In this document: one piece after another, positions 1 through 8,695 of the stretch
Position numbering within the stretch: the stretch's first letter is position 1
Layout: each line of letters opens with the position of its first letter
Assembly: GCA_016869045.1 (NCBI GenBank)
Contig: VGFC01000005.1
Span: forward strand, 1 to 50,769
Length of the DNA: 50,769 nucleotides
From: Armatimonadota bacterium
Lineage (GTDB): Bacteria; Armatimonadota; Zipacnadia; Zipacnadales; VGFC01
Reading direction: 5' to 3'
Position numbers and translations under genes: made by a program
Notes under the pieces: model-generated
Told to the model about the DNA's origin: nothing
The model's input: only the letters and a program-made list of their open reading frames with translations
The model's database searches: none

Positions 1-136
1 GGCCGTGCCACGCAAGTCCCGGCGCCTTCTCGAAGTCCTCGATCACCAGCGCCGTGGGCTGCTCCTGCGCCAGGCAAGGCCAGCTCCCGACGAACAAGGC
101 CAGCAGGATCGGAGACGACCAGCGCGCGGTCGGCAC
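1..136 (-). CDS. Secreted protein, 5' part only (runs off the window)
   Basis: Not in the ORF track. Manual translation from GTG at 136 gives (M)PTARWSSPILLALFVGSWPCLA-QEQPTALVIEDFEK: a signal peptide plus a VIEDFE start typical of carbohydrate-binding domains. AGGGGG lies 8 nt upstream. Confidence 0.7.
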   Translation of the reverse strand, partial: MPTARWSSPILLALFVGSWPCLAQEQPTALVIEDFEKAPGLAWHG

Positions 137-167
137 CTCGTGCACCCCCTTCGGGTCGGTCTGCGAG

Positions 168-908
168 TCAGGGGCGTCGTCGGCCCTTCAGCAAGTCCCG
201 GAAGTGCTCCACGGCCTCCGGGTGTTCGTCGAGTGCAGCCAATCCCTCCGGCCTCAAGGCGTAGGCGCCTTCCTCGGTGCGCACGAACCAGCCCTCGATC
301 TGCTCGCTCTTGGCGAGCACGGAGCGCGTATGGAGACCCGTGCCGAGGCGCTGGAGGTCGCGCACGGTCAGCGGCCCGAAGCGCTCCAGACAGCAGGCGA
401 TGTGAATCGCGGTGAGACGGTGGGTGTCGAGGATTCCAGTGCGGACGCTGCCGCCGACGTTGAGGTCGCCCGCGCGTCGGTGCACTTCGCGCATGACGAT
501 GGCGCGCAGCTTCCCGTTCTTCACGCGGTCGAAGATCCGCAGGGGTTGTTCGACGGTGATCTTGGTGTCGGTTCGCGCCTTGGGCGCCACGAGCAGCAAG
601 CCCAGCTCCAGTCGACGCACGAGGTACAGGAGCCGCGCGTTCCGGCGCCGCCACGTGCGCAGGCCGGCGGGCTTGTGCACCGCCAGGTAGACCGCATCGG
701 CGATCTGCTGGCGCTCGGCGGCCTGCGCGATGGCCTCCCAGTTGAGCCTCAGCTTCAGCTCGACGACAACCAGTTCGTTGCCCTTCACTGCCGCGACGTC
801 ACACTGCTTCACCTCGCCCTGCACGGCGTACCCCTGCTGCGTGAGGAAGTCGTGCACGGGCGGGTAGAGGTCGGTCTCGCTGAGACTCGACGGCGAGCCG
901 CGTGGCAT
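168..908 (-). CDS. DUF2161-family putative PD-(D/E)XK nuclease-fold protein
   Basis: ETDLYPPV..FL..QGY.VQGEV..CDVAA...VVVELKL...Q A.ERQ..AD.VYLA matches the family pattern as I recall it. Confidence 0.8.
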   Translation of the reverse strand: MPRGSPSSLSETDLYPPVHDFLTQQGYAVQGEVKQCDVAAVKGNELVVVELKLRLNWEAIAQAAERQQIADAVYLAVHKPAGLRTWRRRNARLLYLVRRLELGLLLVAPKARTDTKITVEQPLRIFDRVKNGKLRAIVMREVHRRAGDLNVGGSVRTGILDTHRLTAIHIACCLERFGPLTVRDLQRLGTGLHTRSVLAKSEQIEGWFVRTEEGAYALRPEGLAALDEHPEAVEHFRDLLKGRRRP

Positions 909-920
909 TGCGGGCGCCTC

Positions 921-1385
921 TCAGGCGTGGTGCATCTCGGTGTCGCCCCAGAGCGTCTGGATGTAGTTGAGCTGCCCCACGTGGTAGTTCGTGTGCATCA
1001 TGCCCAACCACACAAGATCGCGCAGCGATTCCTCGCCCCAGAAGACCTTGCGCTTCTGGTCGAGCTGCTCCTCGGTGAGCGCGTCGATCGCGGCCAGCAA
1101 CTCCGCCTGACTCGCCTCGACGAACTCGGCGAGCGCCTCGCGGGTGGGGTAGTCCTCGACCTTGATGCCCTCCCAGACTCCCGCCGCGTTCTCCTCGCAG
1201 CGCAGCTCGGCCGCCATCCACTTGTTCCCGGTGGCGCACTCGACGATGATGGCCTTGGGCGTCTTGGCGGCACCCATCGGCACCCAGTCGAGCTTGTCAT
1301 CCGGCGTGTACTTCAGCGCAACCAACAGCTCCTTCGTCACCATCTGCGTCATCGCGCTTGCTCGCGCGCCCTCTGCTGTAGCCAT
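921..1385 (-). CDS. DinB/YfiT-family four-helix protein
   Basis: KLDWVP..AKTP near the N-terminus and HTNYHVGQLNYI at the C-terminus. Strong AGGAGGTGA SD upstream. Confidence 0.8.
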   Translation of the reverse strand: MATAEGARASAMTQMVTKELLVALKYTPDDKLDWVPMGAAKTPKAIIVECATGNKWMAAELRCEENAAGVWEGIKVEDYPTREALAEFVEASQAELLAAIDALTEEQLDQKRKVFWGEESLRDLVWLGMMHTNYHVGQLNYIQTLWGDTEMHHA

Positions 1386-1450
1386 CAAAGGTCACCTCCT
1401 GGGTATGTGCGATCCATCCTCACCACTCAACACACGCGGCTGGAGAACGG

Positions 1451-3886
1451 TTACCGGAGTACGAGCGACACGTAGCTCCCGACACGCAGTGGGCCGACCG
1501 TCAGGCGACCGGCCTCCTCCTTCACCGGTGCCGCGGCGGGCGCCTCCCCGGGGCGGAGGGCCTCGGCGCTTGTGAGGCCAACCAGGCCCGGGACGCCGGA
1601 GAGAGTGAGTGTCACCTCGTGGGCCCTTGGCTGGGCATCGGTCTCCGGGTTCAGGTCGAGGTTCGCGACATCCACGAAGAGCGCCCCTCTCGCCGGCAAG
1701 CGGAAGACGGAGACCTCCAGCTCGCGCGGGAGATTCCCCTCTACGAGGCCGAAGTCGCTCAAGTGCTGGCGGATGGCCGGCTCGATGGCCGAGAGGTCGC
1801 GTGCGCCCGGGGTCTGCTGGTAGTAGTCGAAGCCGAGGGACGGCAGGAGGATGACCTGTCCCCGACCGACGGCTGCCTCGTGCGCGGCGGATCGGGGCGA
1901 GTTCGGGTCAACGCTCGCGAGCGCGCACAGCTCAGGCAGCATCGCCGCCGGGTTCTCCACGCGCGCGTGGCTTCGTGAGGCGTCGGTGCGGTCGCCGCAG
2001 GGGCCGCTGATGATCAGCCTGCCGCCCGCCTCCACCCAGGGCCTCAGTACGTTCTCAACCACTTCTGGTGAGAACACCTCGACCGACGGAAGCAGAAGTA
2101 CCCTCAAGTCCTGCAGCGCCTCGGGTGTGAGTGCCCACTCGGGGATGACCGTGTACTGCTGGTGCAACTCAGAGAGAGCCGTACCCCAACCGAGCAGGTC
2201 GAAGACGTGCTGCTGGGCCTCGAAGCCGAGCAAGCGCCCCGGCGTGAGGTGGACGAGGCGGCTGTCTGGTGAGTACAGGAGGCCGATCCGTGCGAAGGGC
2301 TCTCGATCACCCCAGACGCCCTTCGCGGCGTGGATGAAGTCGGTCACCTCGCGATGCGTCTCGACGGTGCCCGCGACCTGCGGGGCGCCGGGGTACGCCT
2401 GGATCATCGCGTGGTGGGCGAGTAGCTCGTAGCTCAGCACGCGGCCGAGCGGTGCGTTGCCGCGGAGCTTCTCGTAGGGCCCGTCCAGGTAGTACCACAC
2501 GTGCACGAAGCGGCTGCGCGCGTGGACGCGGGCCATCTTGATGACCGGACCGATTCGCCCGCCCGGCGGCAGACCGATCCCGCGCGGGCCGCCGAGCAGG
2601 TTCCAGCCCGGCGCGAACTCGGTGCTGACCATCTCCAGGTACTCGGGCCGCGGCCAGTCGAAGCACCAGATCGGGATGTCGTTCCCCTGGATGCAGAAGT
2701 CGTCGAGGCCCGCTTCGCGCGCGGCCGTGTGGAAGGCCTCGTGGTACCCTCGCAGCGCCTCCTTGCCGACCTCACCCTTGTAGATGCGGTACTCGCGCCA
2801 GATGGGATCGTCGAGCCAGTACGGGTCGGACCACTTCGGGTCGCGGAGGTTCGTGTCATCTCCGCCGAGGCGGTCGCGCACCGCGCCGCGCAGGTACGTG
2901 CGCACATCGAAGGTCGCCGCGTCGTCGATTCCCATCGCGCGAAGCTGCTCGGGGGTGAAGCGCCGGGCGAGGTGCTCGCGGAAGCGCGCTACCGACCACT
3001 CGCCGAAGGCCGTGTGCACCGGCCCGCTGCCGAAGGAGTCCCAGGCGCTGAAGTTGTCCGCCCAGATCCCTCGCACGCCGCAGTCCACCATGTGCCGCGC
3101 CGAGGCTCGCGCGTAGTCGATCCAGCTGGGACAGGCCGAGTCCTTCGCCACGGAGACGATGCTCGCATGGCGCGTTCCGTTGGGGGTCTCGACGGGGATC
3201 AGGCCCTCCGTCGGCCCGCGAACCCGAGCCGTCGCGGGATCGACTTCGTTCACCCTGTCGTTGAAGCCGTAGTCCGGCTCGAGTTCGCCCAACACGTTCT
3301 GCGAGCAGCCCGCATCGTAGAGCTGATGGAACCGGAAGGGCCCCTCACCCTCCATGAGGCCTTCGGCTTCGCGGCCGTCGGGATAGCGGAACGGCGGCGC
3401 ACCATAGCGCGGATGGGTCCGGGTCCAGGGCTGCAGCCACGCCTCGTCTGCGTAGTACGAGCCCAAACCCACCCAGTGCATCTCGCGATCGGGCTTCGGC
3501 TGCCAGAGCTGCCACGCCCAGTGGTTCAGGAGGGGCCGAGGCGAGGTCGGGTCACCCTCGAAGCCTAGCAGCTTCCCATCGGGCCCGAGCTGGAAGTCGC
3601 CCGCGTACTCCTCGCACGTGCCGAACGTCTCCGCCCAGGACATCAGCTTGACGCCCTGCTTCGCGAGCGCGTCGAGGCCTGGGTTTCGCCCGAGGTAACG
3701 GATGCGCTGCCCGAGGATGCTCCAGCACGGGTCATCCACCACCCCGCACAAGGCGCTGTCGGCACCCGAAGCGATGACCTCCTCCGGGCGGCTTGCCTGC
3801 ACGGTCGTCGGGTAGTCGTCCCACCAGGGGGCGGCGGGGGCCGCCACGGCGGCTGCGAGGGCCACGGTGATGGCGAGTGCTCTCAT
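1451..3886 (-). CDS. Secreted putative glycoside hydrolase (TIM barrel plus GH42-like trimerisation/GATase-like domain)
   Basis: Signal peptide; GIWADNF catalytic-type strand; C-terminal RIGLLYS...VLLLPSVE...WVEAGGRLII...VGRGQVI. Confidence 0.6.
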   Translation of the reverse strand: MRALAITVALAAAVAAPAAPWWDDYPTTVQASRPEEVIASGADSALCGVVDDPCWSILGQRIRYLGRNPGLDALAKQGVKLMSWAETFGTCEEYAGDFQLGPDGKLLGFEGDPTSPRPLLNHWAWQLWQPKPDREMHWVGLGSYYADEAWLQPWTRTHPRYGAPPFRYPDGREAEGLMEGEGPFRFHQLYDAGCSQNVLGELEPDYGFNDRVNEVDPATARVRGPTEGLIPVETPNGTRHASIVSVAKDSACPSWIDYARASARHMVDCGVRGIWADNFSAWDSFGSGPVHTAFGEWSVARFREHLARRFTPEQLRAMGIDDAATFDVRTYLRGAVRDRLGGDDTNLRDPKWSDPYWLDDPIWREYRIYKGEVGKEALRGYHEAFHTAAREAGLDDFCIQGNDIPIWCFDWPRPEYLEMVSTEFAPGWNLLGGPRGIGLPPGGRIGPVIKMARVHARSRFVHVWYYLDGPYEKLRGNAPLGRVLSYELLAHHAMIQAYPGAPQVAGTVETHREVTDFIHAAKGVWGDREPFARIGLLYSPDSRLVHLTPGRLLGFEAQQHVFDLLGWGTALSELHQQYTVIPEWALTPEALQDLRVLLLPSVEVFSPEVVENVLRPWVEAGGRLIISGPCGDRTDASRSHARVENPAAMLPELCALASVDPNSPRSAAHEAAVGRGQVILLPSLGFDYYQQTPGARDLSAIEPAIRQHLSDFGLVEGNLPRELEVSVFRLPARGALFVDVANLDLNPETDAQPRAHEVTLTLSGVPGLVGLTSAEALRPGEAPAAAPVKEEAGRLTVGPLRVGSYVSLVLR

Positions 3887-5208
3887 GCCTTAGCCGCTGT
3901 CTCCTCCGCTGCCGGTGAGGCGGTCGGCACCCTCGCCTTCACCGCGCGCAGCGTGCCCGGCAGGCCGACGAGGATGGTGGCGTTGAGCATCGACCACCAG
4001 GCGACCGGCCAGTAGTAGTAGTGGGGGCCCATGACATGGAGGACGGGCAGGTGCACGGCCAACAGGCAGCCTAGCAAGGCGAGGGACGGACCGCGGTTGC
4101 GCTGCTCGAAGGCGAGAAGGAACAGGACGAAGGTGAGGGTGATCCGGACCAGCAGCCAGGCGAACTCGGGGAGCGTGGGGAGTGCGATGTTGCCCGCCAG
4201 TATCTGTGGCGGCAAGAAGACGGCGAGGAACGCGCCGAAGGCGTGGAGGTACAGCCGCCGAGGCCAGTAGATCGCCAGCCCGACGCAGACAGCGACGAGG
4301 GCGCCGGAGATGGTCAGCCAGTCATGGCCGTTCAGCCGGGCGATCAGCGCCGGCTCGCACAGGTACATCGTGACCTTCAGGATGAGGTGGGTGAGGCCTT
4401 TGAAGTGCGGCCCCCACGCTCCGGGCGCCAGCAGGCCGCGCAGCATCAGGAACAGGCCCGAGGCGACGATCCCGATCGCGCCCGCAACCGCGGTGAACTT
4501 CGGCGAGCGCTTACGGTAGAGGGCGGTCGCGACAGCCAGTAGCGGCACGACGACCGCGTGCTCCTTGAACAGCAGGGCCGCGACGAAGGCGATGATGGCG
4601 CCGATCAGTGTCTTGCGGCGACCGCCCTCCAGCCACCGGTCCCACAGCAGCAGGCTCAGCAGCGAGAGCAGCAGGCAGCCGAGGTCAGTCTGGGCCGGCC
4701 AGTAGGGCATGAGGCCGCGTGCGATCCCGCGGTTGCCCCAGTGCGGGCCGTCCACCGTGGTCTCACACGGGATGCTGAACCACGCGGCTGCCAACAGACC
4801 CGGGAGCACGCGGAGGTGCGGCGCCCAGTGGCCGAACAGCCGCGCCAGGAGCAGCACGATGAGCGCGCAGATCGCGGCGTGCAGGAGCCAACTGATGATG
4901 CAGAAGGGCCGCCATGCCCTGCCGAACGCGCGGTACTCGGCATACATCATCATGCTGGCGAGCGGACGGTAGTAGGGGGAGTCCTGCTCGATCCATACAT
5001 CCGTCCACCAGCTCAGCACGTCGTTCGGTCCGGCCTGCTCGGCATTGCCCAGGATCGAGAGGATGTCGGGGTTGGTCTCATACAGCCGGCGTACGTCCTC
5101 GCGGAAGATCATGTCCGCGGTGCCGGCCAGAGCAACCGCGGCCGCCAACGGGATCGCCCAGAGGAGGGGACGCTCGAGGAGACTGTGCTTCGCGCGCTCG
5201 TCAGCCAT
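3883..5208 (-). CDS. Polytopic membrane protein, GT-C fold glycosyltransferase-like (PMT/TMTC-like)
   Basis: About 10 hydrophobic segments; YYRPL...FG..W....SWLLH and LLFKE.A motifs. Its stop overlaps the next start (ATGA). Confidence 0.65.
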   Translation of the reverse strand: MADERAKHSLLERPLLWAIPLAAAVALAGTADMIFREDVRRLYETNPDILSILGNAEQAGPNDVLSWWTDVWIEQDSPYYRPLASMMMYAEYRAFGRAWRPFCIISWLLHAAICALIVLLLARLFGHWAPHLRVLPGLLAAAWFSIPCETTVDGPHWGNRGIARGLMPYWPAQTDLGCLLLSLLSLLLWDRWLEGGRRKTLIGAIIAFVAALLFKEHAVVVPLLAVATALYRKRSPKFTAVAGAIGIVASGLFLMLRGLLAPGAWGPHFKGLTHLILKVTMYLCEPALIARLNGHDWLTISGALVAVCVGLAIYWPRRLYLHAFGAFLAVFLPPQILAGNIALPTLPEFAWLLVRITLTFVLFLLAFEQRNRGPSLALLGCLLAVHLPVLHVMGPHYYYWPVAWWSMLNATILVGLPGTLRAVKARVPTASPAAEETAAKA

Positions 5209-5219
5209 GGGAGTGTGCA

Positions 5220-5247
5220 GTTCGCTGCGGCAAGGGGCAAGTCCTGC
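5220..5247 (-). promoter_or_regulatory. Putative alternative-sigma (sigma-H-like) promoter GCAGGA-N17-CGAAC
   Basis: Directly upstream of the 5208 start. The same motif recurs at four other intergenic sites. Confidence 0.55.
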
Positions 5248-5262
5248 GGGGGCGGCCGGCGG

Positions 5263-6765
5263 TCACTCCGCCGCCGGAGCCAGGGGTAGCGTCACCGCGA
5301 AGACGGTGACTCCGTCGCTGTTGTCCTCCAGCCGGAGGTCGCCGCCGTGGGCGCGGGCGATCTCCCGGGCGAGGCTCAGCCCGAGACCCACGCCGTCCAC
5401 CTTGCGGCTGCGCGACCGGTCGGCGCGGTAGAAGCGCTCGAAGACCCGGTCGCGGTCTGCCGGGGGAATGCCGTCGCCCGTGTTCGCCACGGTCAGCACG
5501 GCGGTCGACTCGGCGCGGGCTAAGCGGACCTCGACCCACCCGCCCTCGCGATTGTACTTCACGGCGTTCGTCGCGAGGTTCCGCAGGACCTGGCCCATGA
5601 GGTCGGCGTCGGCCTCGATCCACACGTCAGGCTCCAGTTCGCGTTTGATGGTCAGGCCTGGCGCAACGGCCTCCAGATCCTCACAGACCCCTTCGGCCGC
5701 TTCGGTCAGGTTGACGGGCTTCGGGTGTAGCTCCAGTTTGCCCGCATCGGCCAGCGACAGCAGCAGCAGCTTGCGCACGATCTCCTTGAGCCCCTGGACC
5801 TCCTCCAGGAGGTTGTTGTAGACCCGTTGCTGCTCGGAGCCGGCGGGCGCCTCCTGCAGGGCTTGCTCGATGCTCCCCTGCAGGATGGTCAGAGGGGTCC
5901 TCAACTCGTGCGCGGCGTCGGCGCTGAAGCGACTGGCCTGGCTGAAACTGCGCTCGAGCCGGTCAAGCATCCCGTTGAACACGGTGATGAGCCGCCGGAA
6001 CTCCGTGTCGGCGCCCTCGGCGGGAATGCGCTCGTCGAGGCTGCTGGCCGTCACGCGCTCGGCAACATGGGCCAGTTGCTCCACGGAGCGCAGGGCTCGC
6101 CGTGAGATGACCCAGCTCCCGAGGGCAATCAGCAGCAGCGCGGCGGGGAGGGCCGCGAGGAGGCCATTGCGCACCCGCGCCATCTCGGCGCCGAACCGGG
6201 CGAGGCTGACGCCTACAACCAGCGTCACCTCGCTGTTCTCCATCGTGCAGAAACGCCAGGTGCCGCTCGCAGTCCGGCGCGTCGCGAATACGGGCGGCGC
6301 CACCGGCAGGAAGGTCCACGCAGGGCCGGGCGGCGCCGGTTGCTTGGGCGCCCCCGGGCCCTCCGGAGAGGCCTTGGGGGGCGCGGGAGGAGCCGGGGGA
6401 GGCGGGAAGCTGCGCAGTCGAGGGCTAGCGGGATCGGGCGTGGGGAAGCGGTCCGCTGGGAGGTCGCCCGGCCAGTTGGTAGACTGGTGGAGGACTTCCC
6501 CCGTGACGTTCTTGACCAGGACGAGGCAGCCGCCTCCCTCGTTGGTGCGGTAGCTGAGGTCAAGCCCGCCCGCGATCCAGGACCAGTGTTCGGGAGGGTG
6601 TGACACGATGGCGATGGGCCCCATCCGTTCGGCCAGCTCGCGGTCGATCCTCTGGAGGGCAATGCGCTGGACGAACGCCCACGCAGAGAGCGCGAAGACG
6701 GCCAGCACGAGGCCCGAGACCGCCACCGAGAGCAGGATGATCCGCACGCGGAAAGAGTGGCCCAT
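5263..6765 (-). CDS. Sensor histidine kinase, CusS/HprS-like (2 TM, HAMP, HisKA, HATPase)
   Basis: FSADAAHELRTPL H-box; NLATNAVKY; NTGDGIP; FERFYR; GVGLGLSLA. Pro-rich insert in the extracytoplasmic domain. Confidence 0.92.
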   Translation of the reverse strand: MGHSFRVRIILLSVAVSGLVLAVFALSAWAFVQRIALQRIDRELAERMGPIAIVSHPPEHWSWIAGGLDLSYRTNEGGGCLVLVKNVTGEVLHQSTNWPGDLPADRFPTPDPASPRLRSFPPPPAPPAPPKASPEGPGAPKQPAPPGPAWTFLPVAPPVFATRRTASGTWRFCTMENSEVTLVVGVSLARFGAEMARVRNGLLAALPAALLLIALGSWVISRRALRSVEQLAHVAERVTASSLDERIPAEGADTEFRRLITVFNGMLDRLERSFSQASRFSADAAHELRTPLTILQGSIEQALQEAPAGSEQQRVYNNLLEEVQGLKEIVRKLLLLSLADAGKLELHPKPVNLTEAAEGVCEDLEAVAPGLTIKRELEPDVWIEADADLMGQVLRNLATNAVKYNREGGWVEVRLARAESTAVLTVANTGDGIPPADRDRVFERFYRADRSRSRKVDGVGLGLSLAREIARAHGGDLRLEDNSDGVTVFAVTLPLAPAAE

Positions 6766-7454
6766 CAGGTCACCATGCGCTCCGGCAACCGCCTGAAGCG
6801 GTAGCCGACGGCCCTCACCGTCTCGATGAACTGCCCCTCGCCGGTGGGGTCGAGCTTCTTGCGCAATCGCTGGATGTAGACGTCCACCACGTTGCTGGAC
6901 GGGTCGAAATCGTAACCCCAGACATGCTCGAGGATCTGCGTGCGCGGATAGACCCGCCCCGGAGAACGCATCAGGTATTCTAGCAGGCAGAACTCGCGCG
7001 CGGTCAGATCGATCGACGTGTCTCCCCGTCGTACTTCGCGGGTGATGAGGTTGACAGTCAGGTCTCCCGCCTGGAGGATGCTGAGCTGGTCCCCCGAGGC
7101 TCTTCGGGTGACGGCGTGGATGCGAGCGATCAGTTCCTCGGCGTAGAAGGGCTTGGTGACGTAGTCATCCGCCCCGAGGTTGAGTCCCTCCAAACGCTCG
7201 CTCAGCCCCGTCCGGGCGGTCAGCAGGATGACGGGCACCGGGTTCTGCTGCTCCCGCAGATTCCGCAGGATGCTCAGCCCATCCCGGCCGGGCAGCATGA
7301 TGTCCAGCACGATGACGTCATACCGCTCGCGTTGGGCCCTGAGGAAGGCCTCCTCGCCCTCCTCCACCAACTCGACGGTGAAGCCCTGCTCGACGAGCGC
7401 CTTGCGCACGAAGCTCGCGATCTTCTCCTGATCTTCCACCAAGAGCACGCGCAT
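6765..7454 (-). CDS. OmpR-family response regulator, heavy-metal (CusR/CopR/HprR) subgroup
   Basis: MRVLLVED; [11 protein letters not shown]; [10 protein letters not shown]; [23 protein letters not shown]; ETVRAVGY. Confidence 0.93.
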   Translation of the reverse strand: MRVLLVEDQEKIASFVRKALVEQGFTVELVEEGEEAFLRAQRERYDVIVLDIMLPGRDGLSILRNLREQQNPVPVILLTARTGLSERLEGLNLGADDYVTKPFYAEELIARIHAVTRRASGDQLSILQAGDLTVNLITREVRRGDTSIDLTAREFCLLEYLMRSPGRVYPRTQILEHVWGYDFDPSSNVVDVYIQRLRKKLDPTGEGQFIETVRAVGYRFRRLPERMVT

Positions 7455-7499
7455 GGCTGAATCGTAGCAGACCGGGCCGCAAGGAGCAAGGCGGCGCGC

Positions 7500-7554
7500 A
7501 TTACAGTTCTGTCATCGAAGCACCGGGCTTCCTGTCATCCGGGCGGGCTATGCT
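7500..7554 (+). promoter_or_regulatory. CusR/CopR-type box plus sigma70 -10 element for the divergent operon
   Basis: ATTACA-GTTC-TGTCAT at 7500-7515; second TGTCAT at 7533-7538, 10 nt before TATGCT (7549-7554). Confidence 0.65.
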
Positions 7555-7606
7555 GCAACCGAGGTCGAGGGGTCTTCCATCACGACGCCATTCGGAGGCT
7601 TTGCAG

Positions 7607-8224
7607 ATGAACCGACGCGGCTTCACCCTCATCGAGCTTCTCGTCGTCATCGCGATCATCGCCATCCTGGCCGCGATTCTGTTCCCCGTGTTCGCGCGAG
7701 CACGGGAGAAGGCGCGACAGACGTCGTGCCTGAGCAACCTGCGGCAGATCGGCACGGCGACCCTCCTCTATGCCGGGGACAACGACGAGTGCTGCCCGGG
7801 CCACACCGGCGGCCCGACCGCCGCGACCGACTGGCCCCAGATGCTCATCCCCTACTGCAAGAACGCGCAGATCTTCCGCTGCCCGACAGGCTCCGCGGGC
7901 AACACCTCGATGTGGGGGCACTTCTACGTGGAAGGCCAAGTCCCGCTGTGCTACGGGACGAACTGCTACTACACCACCAACCAGAGCCTGGGCCAGGAGG
8001 AGGATGCGGTGGGGACGATCCTGGTTGCCGACTCGATCGGGGACAACCGCATCGGGCCGGACTACGCGCCGCGAAACGCCAAGGTCGCAGGCTGCTGGCA
8101 TGGCCTCGCGCCTCGGCACAATGAGACGCTCAACGCGGGCTTCATGGATGGGCACGCCAAGGCCATGAAGCTCAGCACCATAGAGGTCAACGACGCGGCC
8201 TGGTTCAACCCGGCAGTACCCTGA
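7607..8224 (+). CDS. Prepilin-type N-terminal cleavage/methylation protein, DUF1559 / H-X9-DG class
   Basis: [49 protein letters not shown] and C-terminal [16 protein letters not shown]. Start moved to ATG 7607 (GGAGG SD). Confidence 0.92.
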   Translation: MNRRGFTLIELLVVIAIIAILAAILFPVFARAREKARQTSCLSNLRQIGTATLLYAGDNDECCPGHTGGPTAATDWPQMLIPYCKNAQIFRCPTGSAGNTSMWGHFYVEGQVPLCYGTNCYYTTNQSLGQEEDAVGTILVADSIGDNRIGPDYAPRNAKVAGCWHGLAPRHNETLNAGFMDGHAKAMKLSTIEVNDAAWFNPAVP

Positions 8225-8278
8225 GGCCTTCTCGGGCAAGCGCAGACCGACACATTCTATGAGAGCGAGGGAAGCAAG

Positions 8279-8587
8279 ATGAAGAGCAGACTGGTGATGG
8301 TGGCGGTCGGACTGGCGGTTGGGCTGATCGTGCTGGCGGCGCTACATGCGGTAGCGCAGCCGGGGCCGGGCGGCGGCGCAGGCGGCGGCCCCTTCGGCGG
8401 GGGTGGCTTCGGAGGGATGATGATGATGCCGGGCTGGCCGCCGGCGCCGACGCCGGTAGTCGTCGTGGCGGACGGAGTCGTGTACGTGGCGTGTGACGGG
8501 GTTCTGACGGCCTTCGAGGCCAAGACCCTCAAGCCACTCGGTAGTGCCACGTACTGGACGCGACCGGAGCCGCCGAGGCCGCAGTAG
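8279..8587 (+). CDS. Secreted Gly/Pro/Met-rich microprotein with one PQQ-like beta-propeller blade (paralog A)
   Basis: Signal peptide ending AVA-Q; GGMMMMPG linker; PVVVVADGVVYVACDGVLTAFEAKT. Paralog at 10313. Confidence 0.85.
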   Translation: MKSRLVMVAVGLAVGLIVLAALHAVAQPGPGGGAGGGPFGGGGFGGMMMMPGWPPAPTPVVVVADGVVYVACDGVLTAFEAKTLKPLGSATYWTRPEPPRPQ

Positions 8588-8606
8588 GCGCGGTTCCGGA
8601 CACTCA

Positions 8607-8660
8607 TCCCGCCCCTCGGTAGCTACCAAGGCTTGCCGCCGGGAGAGCCGAGGGGCGGGA
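8607..8660. repeat. 13-bp intergenic inverted repeat
   Basis: TCCCGCCCCTCGG ... CCGAGGGGCGGGA with a 28-nt loop and no U-tract. Confidence 0.55.
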
Positions 8661-8695
8661 GAAGACCATCGCGCAGGCACGGGAGGAGGAGAACC

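Noticed and set aside
168-908. Defence system around the DUF2161 nuclease-like gene
   Set aside because: No methylase, ATPase or other defence partner is adjacent.
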